Virus record (IMG/VR): IMGVR_UViG_3300036766_001530
Strand: one strand, 5' to 3'
Source of the DNA: an uncultured virus (IMG/VR IMGVR_UViG_3300036766_001530)
Lineage: Duplodnaviria; Heunggongvirae; Uroviricota; Caudoviricetes
DNA length: 64,000 nucleotides
Shown here: positions 34,469 through 44,805 of the stretch, piece by piece
How positions within the stretch are numbered: the first letter of the stretch is position 1
How the letters are laid out: each line of letters starts with the position of its first letter
Notes under the pieces: model-generated
Databases searched by the model: none
Seen by the model: the letters and a program-made list of their open reading frames with translations, nothing else
Told to the model about the DNA's origin: nothing
Translations under genes and position numbers: made by a program

Positions 34469-37400
34469 CGACGAGTTCAGTGGGGTCAGTTGATCTGCGT
34501 GTGCTCGCGGATGGGCCAGCTACAGTGGATGCAGTCGTCGAGGCAGAGCGAGATCGCCGGAAGCCCGGTCGGGAATGCGACGTCGAGCTGGGCCGCAACC
34601 TTCGTGAGCATCTTCCGTCGCGCTGGCGCGAGGCTGCCGAGCGACATCGCCGAGTCGCACGGCGGCAGGCCATGGTCGCGCTCCTTGTCGTCCGTGTAGA
34701 TGACGAGCCCACCGAGCGTGCGCGTTTTCATGGCTTCTCCGGCAACAGCCGCTCGGGAGGCAATGAACCGAGGCAAGCTCCCTTCCCTCCACAGCACACG
34801 CAGCCGCCATCCCCGCAGTGGCACCAGCGACTCGCCCGCACCTGCCTCCGGAACGGGAAGACGGCCGGATCGCCGGGACCGTCCGAATCGGCCCAGGTCA
34901 GCCCGTCGAACGACACCCGCCACTTGTGATCGGGCTTGAGTGGCCGACCCGAGGCCCGAGCCTTCGGCAGCTTCGGGGCCCAGGGCCGCCGGCCGGCGTT
35001 CTGGCGGAGCTGGTTCACCTCGCGCTTGAGATGCTCGAAGGGTGAGTCGCGGAGCGACGAACTCCGCTCCGGGCTCCGGGCTCCGGACTCCGGCTTCATC
35101 TCCGGCTTGCGCTTGAACCCATCGAGGTGTCGCCGAAGGATTCCGAGCACGTCGTTCAGCGACAAGTTGATGGTTCGTTCGATAGCCCGGAGCATTTCCT
35201 CATGCTCGGGAGTTTCACTCCCTGTTCGAGGGACACTTTTTCGTCGTCGCTTCGAGACCATGGTCATTCACCCTTCGGATCGGAGCGGAGTTCGCCGCTT
35301 CGCGGCTCACTATGACCGAACGCTCTGACACAGCCGACCGCGCCGCAGTGCCCGGCGCAACAGTTCTTGTCGGCCTCCTCGACGCGATCTGCCGGCACCT
35401 CTTCGAGCGTCATCGGACCGTTCGCCTTACCAATGCCGTACCACCAACCGAGAATCCGGTACTCGCCGCCCCACATCTCGGGGTATCGAAGCGACTCCAG
35501 CTTTCCGATCGCATCAGTGTCCCGACGCCGGAGCGGCTGCCCAGGCTTCCAGGTGGGCCTAGAATGCACCGGAAGTCTCCGTCTGACAGCTCGAACAGGG
35601 TGAGCCGCGAAGCGGCGAGTGAGCCGCGAAGCGGCGAACTCTGACTCCGCTCTTTTCCGGTCCGGAATTCATGACTTCATCCCCTTGAGAATGGCTTGCG
35701 CAGCGGAAGCAACGTAGACGATCAACTCCCTCTTCGCTTCTTCGAGTTCCTTGCTCGACGCTGGCCGGCGTGAGACGAATGGCAGCGACTCGATGAGCCA
35801 GACGTCAGGTTCGTAGTCCCGGTGCCGAGTGACAGTGAGATCGACGGAACCGACCGTCGCCTGCCACGTGCGAGGTTTGCAGCCGGCGGCCCACTCGCCA
35901 CGCGAATACGAGGTGACGTCTTCCCAGATTACGGCCACGACTCAGGCTCCTTTCGTCATGATGGTCAAGATCGCCCGGGCCTGCTCTTCGGTGACCGCGA
36001 GGCCCTCGAAGCAGAGGCCACCGTGGTCGGTACCACAGACGGCAAGAGTCGAGAACTCTCCGAGCGCGAAGTCTCCGAGCGCGAACTCCTGGTTGAGCGA
36101 TCGTGCGAGCGACTCCGAAGCGGTCCGCCGGCTCTGCTTGGCGTCCCGCTCGTCCTGGCGTGCCTTCTCGTGGCCGAACCGCTCCAGGATGAAGCCAACC
36201 AGCCGCTCGACGTCGTGACCTTCCTTCCTCTCGGGGAACTGCTTGGTGTCGCCCACGTTGCCGACGATCTTGACCCGCACCTTACCGCTCGCGTGAGAGT
36301 GCCAGGTGCCTCCGGTGCGCTCGATGGTGGTCCCGACGTGCAGGAAGACGCCGTCGATCTCGCTGATCTCCAGGGCGTCTCTGAACGAGCTGACCTTGCC
36401 CACCTCGACCTTGTGTCCCTTGTCGCGAAGCGACTTCGCGATGTCGGTGATAAGAACCCTCGCCTTCTTCTCGGCCGACTCCCGAGCCTGCCGGCGGCGA
36501 TCTTCACCGAGGAGGGTCATCGCTTGAGACCGTCGACGCGCTTGCGATTCGACTCTTCGTGGAGCCGCTCCACGACGCGCTTGGCGAGCACATCGACGAG
36601 AGAAGGGGTGTTCTCGGGGGCGAAGAAGTCCGAGTCGACCGGCACGAGGGTGAGTTCGCCGCGCCGACCGTACTCGTAGATCGGAGCCTTCTCGTGTTCG
36701 CCGAGTCGGTAGATCCCCTTGCTGGCCCCGCTGTGCGAGAGATAGTCGGCGAGAGCCATGCCGACGTCCGCCCCGAGGCACGTCATGCAGTCGGAGTTGC
36801 TCGGATCGAAAACCAGATCCAGCGTGAGCTGACCGTCGTCCCGCCACTCGTCGGGCAAGGCCAGTTCGATGTGAATGAGTCGCTGGACCGTGAAGCTGAC
36901 TGTGATCATCTTCGCGTTCGGGATCATGGTGTCACTCCATTCTTGGCGAGCCGCTCGGCCACCGTTTCGATTGGCATGTTCTTCACACACGTCCAGCCCT
37001 TGCGGCAGCTCCGGCAGATTCCGGTCCGCCACCCCTCCTCGTCGAAGATCGGCACGTCGCACGCCCGCTCGACCGTCTCCTCGCGATCTACCGTGGTCTC
37101 ACCGGTGCCGAACTTCAGCGTGCCGTGGGTGATGACCATCTTCCGCATGAGCGTGCAGGAGCCGAAGTGCTTGGGTTTCGCAGCCATCGCCATGGTCAGG
37201 CCCCGACCGAAGCGCGAGAGATCAGCTTTCCCTCGACCAGCCCATGCTCCGACTTGACGATGTTATAGCCGTGGCGCGTGAGGCTGACGCTCTTCGTCCA
37301 CCGGTTCACCTCGGCGAGCTTGAGGGAGGCCAGCTCCTCGAAGCCCACGAGGCCGTCAGGTGAGATCGATCCGTGCGGCGCCGCCAGCCGATCGAAGAGC

Positions 37401-37944
37401 GCCCGGGCCTCCGCCGACATGGCCGGCGTCTCCTGCGCGACCGTGCGGGACTTCACCTCGTGCTCGCGGACGTTGCCGACCGGCAGGACGCGCGTCTCGT
37501 AGCGGCCGTTCTGGGTCTCGTGGATGGCGGCCTTCGCCGCGAGATCCGACCGGCTCGACCAGGACACCGCGCTCCAGTCACGCAGCACTCGCGTCCGATG
37601 CTCGACCGCCTGCGCGTCGTGTGACGCTGCGACCTTGAGCTGCTCCACCCGCCACTCCTCGAAGGTGGTCGACTTCAGCTCGTAGTCAGGCTCCCACTTC
37701 CGCATGCGCTCGACGTGCTCGCGGTGGCTGGCCTCACTCGCCTCGTAGCGGGCCCGGTTCGTGGCCAGCACGCGGTAGTCGGCCGCCTGCTTCTCGTGGT
37801 TGGCGACGCTCTCCGTGCGCGACTGCTCGGTCTCGCGGGCGATGACCACGTGGCTGTAGCGCCGGCCGGTGCTCTCGCGCTTGGCCGTCTTGCCGTTCGG
37901 AAGTTCGACCGTGTGGATGATCTTGATCTTCATGGTCATCCCTC

Positions 37945-38553
37945 CTAGAGCCCGTAGCTTGCGGCCAGGCGGTCACCGATGTTCGCGCCATCCTCGGCAT
38001 CGTAGTCGCGCACAGCCTTGCGGACCGCGGCGGCGAGGTTGGTGATACCGTCGAGCGTGCTGTGCTCGACCCGCATGAACGCCTCGATGTGGCGCGGCGC
38101 GACGCCGATGCGTCCCATACGAGCCAGCTCTTCGCGGATGGCCTGCTGGTAGTGCGGGAGATCCGACTTCGACCGCGGGGCCGTCGCGTACGGAACGAAG
38201 TCGTCGGACGCGGCCGTTGACGACGGCACCAGCTTGAACTTCTTGAGCTGATCTGTGTCGAGAGTCGCCGACTGACCGCTCGACCACCGGATTGTGACAC
38301 TCTCGCCCGTCTTGCCGGTCACGCGAATGCCGAGATCGCCGTAGCCGCTGAGTAGATCGCCGACCTTGATGCTGTCGAGGAAGGCGTTGCGGGCGGCGCT
38401 CTGGGTCGACTGCTCGGCCGCCCACGCCTTCATGTGCGGGCGCTTGCCGCATCGTGTGCAGTCGACGAGGTGCTCCTGCATCGTCATGGATAGCCGAACG
38501 CCTCGGGCGCCGCAGTCCGGCGCCCCCTCGCTCTCGTAGTGTGTTGTGCTCAT
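37945..38553 (-). CDS. Hypothetical protein (leaderless)
   Basis: ATG 7 nt after the -10 of a class I promoter; strong GC3 bias. Confidence 0.7.
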   Translation of the reverse strand: MSTTHYESEGAPDCGARGVRLSMTMQEHLVDCTRCGKRPHMKAWAAEQSTQSAARNAFLDSIKVGDLLSGYGDLGIRVTGKTGESVTIRWSSGQSATLDTDQLKKFKLVPSSTAASDDFVPYATAPRSKSDLPHYQQAIREELARMGRIGVAPRHIEAFMRVEHSTLDGITNLAAAVRKAVRDYDAEDGANIGDRLAASYGL

Positions 38554-38560
38554 GGAGAAC

Positions 38561-38592
38561 AGACTACTCCGATGGTTTATGTACGTCAAACA
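38561..38592 (-). promoter_or_regulatory. Class I promoter copy 5 (TTGACG-17-TAGTCT), leaderless
   Basis: TGTTTGACGTAC motif; spacer nearly identical to copy 6. Confidence 0.8.
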
Positions 38593-40092
38593 TAAAATAA
38601 AGAATCTGGAGCGTAGCCCTCCTTACACTTTCTCGAAGATGCGCCGCTTGAAGAACCTGAAGCCTGGCCCGGCCGCTCGGTGGGGCCCCGAGGCGACGAC
38701 GGAGGTCACTCGGCCGTTGCACCGGGTGGTCGCAGCGTGGTCAGCCTCGACAATCGCGAGACGCGAGCTTCTCTCGTCGGAAGTCAGACTATCCCAGTCC
38801 GGCTCCTGCACGAGACCGGACATCCGGCAGGAAAGGCACTCCCAGTCGACGCTCCACAGTGAGCCGCGAAGCGACATCGTCAGGCCGCTCGCCGAACCGT
38901 CCGACCGCGACGCGGCACCATCGCTATCTTCCGACCGCTCCACCACCATGACCAGAGGCCAGCCTTCTTCATCGCGATCTGAGCGGCCTGCTTGTTGACC
39001 GCCTCGACGCTGAAGATCGGATCGGGACCGTCCGCGCCCGTCCTGGCGAACTCGTGGAGCGGACGCCACTTCTTGTGATGCTTCCTTCGGTACGCCATCA
39101 GACTCCTCCTTTGGGTTGCGGGGATGGAACTACCGGATTGCGCTTCCTGTGCTTCGGGCAGCGGACGAGATCCGTCTTGCTGTCGATCGTCCAGCCTCGC
39201 TTCTTCGCCTGCCGGATGCAGTCGGACTTCGAGCGGCCGGCCAGTTCCAGCATCGGGCACTCCGAGCCAATCTCCGACACCGTCGTTTTGCCGTCGCAGT
39301 AGAAGTGCATCGAGTAGGCGCCGACGGTTCCCATCTACGACTTTCTCGCCTTCCCGTACTCGTTCGGATCGAGTACGAGACCGTACTCCTTCGCCTTCAC
39401 CTGAAGGGGAAATCGAAGGTGGTAGTTGTCGCACTCAGCCCAGAGCTTGCGCAGGCGCTCGTGAATGGCCTCGACCGGCTCCTCGACCGGCTCGACGCTG
39501 TAGCGGTACTTCCGCACCCGGACGACACCGTTGAACGTGGATGGCTTGTTGTGCGGGTGGTGCAACAATCGGAACGACCAGCCCGGCTCCATGAAGGACT
39601 CGAACGACTGACTCTCGGCCGGACCGGGCGGCTTCCTCGTGTTGATGCGCTTCTTACCCACGGGTCTCCCCGTCCAGCTCGCGCTCGCGCCGACGCGCTT
39701 CCAGGCTCGCTCCGAGGGCCTTCTGGTACTCGGCAGCGCTCGTCGCCTTCACCAGCATCGAAATCGCCGGCACGCCGAGCTGCTTCTCCCAGCGGATGGC
39801 CTCGTTCGCGAGCAAGTGCCTATCGGTGAACCAGGTAGCATTGTGAGCCACCTCGATCTCCTTCGACCAGGGCACGTAGCCAAGCGACTCGGCGATCTTG
39901 GCCCCCTTTTCGTCGAGCGGCTCGGTCTGCACCGAGCACCCCCTCGCACCGCGAGCGTATTCGACCTTGCCGGCGCGCAGCGCGCCCTCGATGCCCCCGC
40001 GAGCGAGCACGTTCCGACCGGCCCAGGGATACTCGGCGGTGAGCCGCGAAGCGGCGAACTCCGAGTCCGTTCCGGCCGGATCTGGTTTGAAT

Positions 40093-41955
40093 TCAGTCCT
40101 CTCCACGACGATCATCCTTCTCCGCAGCAATCAGCTCCCTCACCGTCTGGTTCGTCGCGAGCGCAGGTGCCGCGCCGCCTTCGAGGCTCGCGTTGACGGT
40201 GAGCCGCGGAGCGGAGAACTCCGATTCCGTTCCGGGATACGCCGACCGGGCATTCATCTCTGTGACCACCGGCGGAGCGTCCGGGCTCCGCACCTCGACA
40301 CCGATTGGACCGCGGCTCGGGTCGGAGTTCGTCGAGATGACACCAACGACCCTGCCTGCTGTCACCTCGTTCCGGGTCTGCCACGCTCGCGTACTCGCGC
40401 GGCTCGCGTGACGCTCGCGCCTGCGCCCGTACGGACTCCGACAGGGCTCGCCGACCGCGGCTCCGCACTTCGGCTCGGGGCATGCAACCAGACGGGCCTC
40501 GGCTTCAGCCCGCTCTTCCTGCTCTTGCCACTCGGCGGCCGGCGTACCAGCGACAGGAGTCTCCTTCTTCGCCCGCGGCTTGCGCGCCGCCTTGACCGGC
40601 TCCGGGTCGGAGGCCTTGCCGACGATGTCGCAGCGGGAGAGTCCGGTCTGCTTCTCACCCTTCCACTCGTCATGCTTCTTGACCGTGGCCTTCACCCGGT
40701 AGGTCTCACCGATTTCGATGTCACAAGAACCCGTCGCGAACCACTTACCGACGAGCCCCTCGACCGTCCGGAAGGTGACGAGGGTGGAGGGCCCGAACCG
40801 ACCTTCCATCCCGCGCACACCAATCACTGTCAAGACGAAGACCTCGCGCTTGCCGATCTCGCCGAAGTGGGCTATCGACGCCGGTAGCTGCTTCTTCTCT
40901 TCCTGCCAGCCGAGCCACCGGGTGTGGGCCGGCAGCAAGCTCGCCGCAATCCCGGTGCAACGAACGTGGAGCACGTCAGAGCCCTGGCCGCAGATGAGCT
41001 TGAGGTTGTACTCGTAGTCGCTGCTGTCGCGTGGAGTGAGCGTGTGCTCGGCGTAATCGAGGGCGGCTTTCGCCCGAGCAGTGTCCTTCTCGCTCGGTCG
41101 GGGCAATTTCTCGATGTCCGTACGACTCAAGCCACGGGGTGGGAACATCGCGTGCCACGCCTCGTCAGCCGTCGCCATCTTGCCATCATCGGACTCGTAG
41201 GCAGCCTTGCGCGATACCCAGCCTGACGATCTGATGCACGCGGCCACGTACGAGAGGTAGGAGACCATGTCGACGTACGACATCTTGCCGCCGCCGCCCC
41301 CGCCCATCTCGTTCTCTGACTCCTCGCAGACCGAAGCCGCCGTGAAGAGGTACTCGGCGTAGCTCGCGACCTGGTGCGGATCGCGATGACCGAGGAAGTC
41401 GGCAAGGCAGTTGCGGCCGACCTGCTTGTGATCGCCGCTGGCGTCGTTCTGGACCACGAAGGTGTCCTTCCGGCGCCGGTTGGTCTTGCAGTGCTCGCAC
41501 TCGGACGCCACCTTGCGGTACTCGATCGGCATCACGTGCCCGGGCACCGTCCGGATCACGTTGCCGTCGACCCCGTCGAGGTGCTGGAGCACCCCGACGA
41601 AGGTCCAGCCTGCGAGCTTCGGCGAGGTGCCGGTGAGCGTGATCTTGTGCCAGCGGATGACACGGCCGGTGAGGCGGCCGTCTTCGTCCCGGTACTTCTC
41701 GACCTCGATCTCGCCCGTCTCGGAAAGGGCGATCTCGAAGGGTGAGCCGCGAAGCGGCGAACTCCGCTCCCCCTCCGGTCCCCCTCCGGCTCCGGAATCA
41801 ACTTCCATCTCGCCGAGCTTCTTCGCGCGCTTCGCGAGCTTCTCGATGCGCTCGCGCAGGCGGGGCAGGTTCTCCTCGGGCACGCGGTAGGTCTTGGAGA
41901 CGGTGAGCCGCGAAGCGGCGAACTCCGGTCCGGGGTCCTGGCCGTTGTCTTCCAT
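40093..41955 (-). CDS. Large phage protein with Zn-binding motifs and probable C-terminal OB fold; three in-frame repeats
   Basis: CEHCKTNRRRK, QVGRNCL, IGETYRVKATVKKHDEWKGEKQT; repeats at 41903, 41742 and 40199 do not break the frame. Confidence 0.75.
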   Translation of the reverse strand: MEDNGQDPGPEFAASRLTVSKTYRVPEENLPRLRERIEKLAKRAKKLGEMEVDSGAGGGPEGERSSPLRGSPFEIALSETGEIEVEKYRDEDGRLTGRVIRWHKITLTGTSPKLAGWTFVGVLQHLDGVDGNVIRTVPGHVMPIEYRKVASECEHCKTNRRRKDTFVVQNDASGDHKQVGRNCLADFLGHRDPHQVASYAEYLFTAASVCEESENEMGGGGGGKMSYVDMVSYLSYVAACIRSSGWVSRKAAYESDDGKMATADEAWHAMFPPRGLSRTDIEKLPRPSEKDTARAKAALDYAEHTLTPRDSSDYEYNLKLICGQGSDVLHVRCTGIAASLLPAHTRWLGWQEEKKQLPASIAHFGEIGKREVFVLTVIGVRGMEGRFGPSTLVTFRTVEGLVGKWFATGSCDIEIGETYRVKATVKKHDEWKGEKQTGLSRCDIVGKASDPEPVKAARKPRAKKETPVAGTPAAEWQEQEERAEAEARLVACPEPKCGAAVGEPCRSPYGRRRERHASRASTRAWQTRNEVTAGRVVGVISTNSDPSRGPIGVEVRSPDAPPVVTEMNARSAYPGTESEFSAPRLTVNASLEGGAAPALATNQTVRELIAAEKDDRRGED

Positions 41956-41962
41956 GCCGATC

Positions 41963-41994
41963 AGACTACTCCGATGTTTCCTGTACGTCAAACA
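41963..41994 (-). promoter_or_regulatory. Class I promoter copy 6 (TTGACG-17-TAGTCT), leaderless
   Basis: TGTTTGACGTAC motif; ATG 7 nt after -10. Confidence 0.8.
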
Positions 41995-42086
41995 TAAAAG
42001 AGCACCACACGAAGCGTAAGGAACCTTACATTTTCACGACAGTCCGCCAAAGTCTCAAAGCCCCAAAGTCATGGTAGCCTTGTCCT

Positions 42087-42692
42087 GTGAGTCTGGTTGT
42101 CGCCAAGCAGATCGAGAGCGCCGGAAGAGGTGAAGATCGCATCACCGTCGTGCAGAGGGCTCCGAACCGGACGATCATCGTCGTGGCCGATGGTGCAGGT
42201 GGGACCGCGGGTGGCGCGGAGGCGGCCGATGCTGTCTGTCGAGAAGCTCCAAAAGATCGCCTTCCGGGCGATCTGTGGTCCGACCAACTCGCGATGGTAG
42301 ATCGGAAACTCGGCGAGCATCCGGCCGGTGAATCAACGGCCATCGTGGTGGACATACACGATGGATTCGTCTCGGGAGCCAGCGTCGGAGATTCCATCGC
42401 GTGGATCGTAAGCAAGGACGGAAAGATCGATGACCTCACCTGCAACCAGGTGAGAAAGCCACTTCTCGGCCATGGCGAAGCTTGCCCGACAGACTTCGGT
42501 CCGGTAGCCCTTTCAGGGCGACTTCTCCTCGCTACCGACGGTCTCTGGAAGTACCTCGACCGGAGCCGAATCGCTGCTCTGTGTTCAAGAGGTTCTGCCT
42601 CGGAGGCTGCCGAGTCTCTCGTGGCTGGTGTGAGACTCCGCTCGGGAGCGTTGCAAGACGACGTGGCGATCGTCGTCTGCGAACTGCGATGA
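42087..42692 (+). CDS. PP2C-family protein phosphatase
   Basis: GEDR, VVADGAGG, SVGDS, LLLATDGLW, QDDVAIV; GTG start 6 nt after TGG-TAGCCT -10. Confidence 0.88.
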   Translation: MSLVVAKQIESAGRGEDRITVVQRAPNRTIIVVADGAGGTAGGAEAADAVCREAPKDRLPGDLWSDQLAMVDRKLGEHPAGESTAIVVDIHDGFVSGASVGDSIAWIVSKDGKIDDLTCNQVRKPLLGHGEACPTDFGPVALSGRLLLATDGLWKYLDRSRIAALCSRGSASEAAESLVAGVRLRSGALQDDVAIVVCELR

Positions 42693-42976
42693 AGAAGAAG
42701 CCAGAGAGCTTCTACATTCAAGACGGAGTGAGACGAGCCGTTGCTTCCAGGGAAGCCGGACGCCGAACGATCCCGGCGATCATCTACCAGGAAGGTCGGA
42801 AGCCAAAGGGTCAGAGCGTCAAGCTGTCGCAACTTCACTCACCGAAACACAAGTTACCGGTCGATGACCGATTCTTTCGGATCACTCCGCCAATTTCGAT
42901 ACCGATCCAGATTGAACTTCTTGGCCTTCCCGGCCAGCTTCCAACAGTGCCCCTCGCGAAGGTCAAAACCACCTAG
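42689..42976 (+). CDS. Small ParB/Srx-like protein
   Basis: YIQDGVRRAVASREAGRRTIPAII; translationally coupled to the PP2C gene. Confidence 0.5.
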   Translation: MKKKPESFYIQDGVRRAVASREAGRRTIPAIIYQEGRKPKGQSVKLSQLHSPKHKLPVDDRFFRITPPISIPIQIELLGLPGQLPTVPLAKVKTT

Positions 42977-44331
42977 TTCACAACGCCACGCCTGGCGAAT
43001 CGTCGTCAGAGCCCCTGACCCGGCCGGTCACTTCAATCTCCCAGCGACCGACCATCATCTCGTACGACATCGGATCGACTTCGTAGCCGAGCCGTCGCGC
43101 CATCTTCGCGACCGAATCGGGGTTCGGCACATGATCCACGAAGTAGGAACCGATATCGGGGGTGTCGTCGGGAAACGGCACCTCCTCGATCCGACCTCCC
43201 GGATGGACGAGATGAATCCCGTACCACTTCACGTAGTTCTCGACCGTGACGATCGTCGTCGTCGTCGGCAACGGCGGTCCCTGGTAGACCAGCGGCAGGC
43301 TGCGGTCGCTAAGCCTCATCAGGCCGCCGCCATCTTCTGGCCGATCCAGGTTCCGATGATGAGCCTTGTCGTTGGCGTCGGTCCACGATCTTCCATCGTC
43401 CCGACGATCTGCATCGCCGATGGCTCCGGGCACTCCGGGTTCGCGCAGGTCAGATGACCATCCGAAAGTACGGTAAACGCGCCGGTCGTAGACTCGCACG
43501 CTTGGCACTTGATTCCGCTTCGCTCTCCGAAATTCATGGTCACCCTCCACCAAATGAACACCCATCAAGGCATCCTCCCTTGCCACCACAGGCCGGACAG
43601 GCCATGGCTTCAGGAGCAATGGCCGGGGGCCTGCCTACCTGGCGCCGCAGATCGCCTGCCGGTATCCCGTTGCGGCTCTCGGCGTCGAGCTTCGCTTCCT
43701 CGACCGTCAGGATGCGGTTGATGGTTGCCGAGGGAAACGTCTTCTTCACCCGCGCAATCGCGCAAGCCAGCTCGGGCCCGCCGAGGTTCGCCTCGGCCGC
43801 CGCGTCGAGCGCGTCGAACTCGGCGTAGGAGAAAGCGATCTCGCCGGCTTTCTGGCGAGCAACGGCCACCGCCTCGGGGCAGATGAACGCCTCGCCGATG
43901 CCGGGCAGGTCGGCGGCGAAGGTTGGTGGGCGATCGCTCACGAGAACCACGTCCCCACCGAGTCCAGCTCCCAGATAGCAGCGGCTTTCTTCGCGATCTC
44001 AGCGAACTCGGCTCCGGTGTACTCCCGGCCGCACTCGTCGATGACGATCGGCTCCCGCCACTTGTCGAGACACGTCCGCATAACGGTGAGTCGCGAAGCG
44101 ACGAACTCCGGTTCCGCTCCGCTCCGGAACGATCTCATAGCGCGTTCCTGGCAATTCCAAAGTAGTCGCGCAGCCGGTCGGCGAGACCCTTGGCCATCTT
44201 GAGATCGAGGTTGAACTTCTGCCTCACGATGTTGATGAAGTGCATCGTGTTGCTGCCGTTTTCGAGGAGCCCCAGCTCGTCGGAAGTGAGCTGCGGCAGG
44301 TAGAGGTTGAGGACCTGCTCGTCGGTCGTGG

Positions 44332-44805
44332 TCACGGGGTGATCGCTATCTCCGGAATGCTCCGGAAGAGTTTTCCTCCTGACCCGTGGACGAAGTGGAA
44401 GACCTGGAGATTTACGGGGAGGTTCGACAGATCCCCCACGTTCCGGAAGTCGGTCCGAAGGCCATAGACCTTCAAGCCTCGACCAGCGCCGTAGCCCATC
44501 TCGGATGCCGTCCCATCATCGACCTGCGGACCATCGCAGACCCCGAAGACCATGGCGCTCTCGCGAATCGCCCTCGCATTCGCTTCTCCGATGTGTCCGG
44601 CCAGTCCCACAGCAGCCAGATCCTTGCGATCGGCGTTCTTCTCCGACTTGACCGCCTCAAACCCGATCGTCCAGTCCTGTTCCCACGGGTCCCAGACGAG
44701 AAGTCGGAGAGCACGGAGACGCTTCTTGATGCGTTCGAGGTAGTCCTTGTTCTCGACGGAGAACCCGAGTGGACTGGCCAGATAGATGCGACGACGCGAT
44801 GTCAC
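44332..44805 (-). CDS. Nucleoside 2-deoxyribosyltransferase / nucleotide N-hydrolase family protein
   Basis: IYLASPLGFS, NARAI...DGPQVDDGTASEMGYG, GLRTDFR. Confidence 0.85.
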   Translation of the reverse strand: MTSRRRIYLASPLGFSVENKDYLERIKKRLRALRLLVWDPWEQDWTIGFEAVKSEKNADRKDLAAVGLAGHIGEANARAIRESAMVFGVCDGPQVDDGTASEMGYGAGRGLKVYGLRTDFRNVGDLSNLPVNLQVFHFVHGSGGKLFRSIPEIAITP

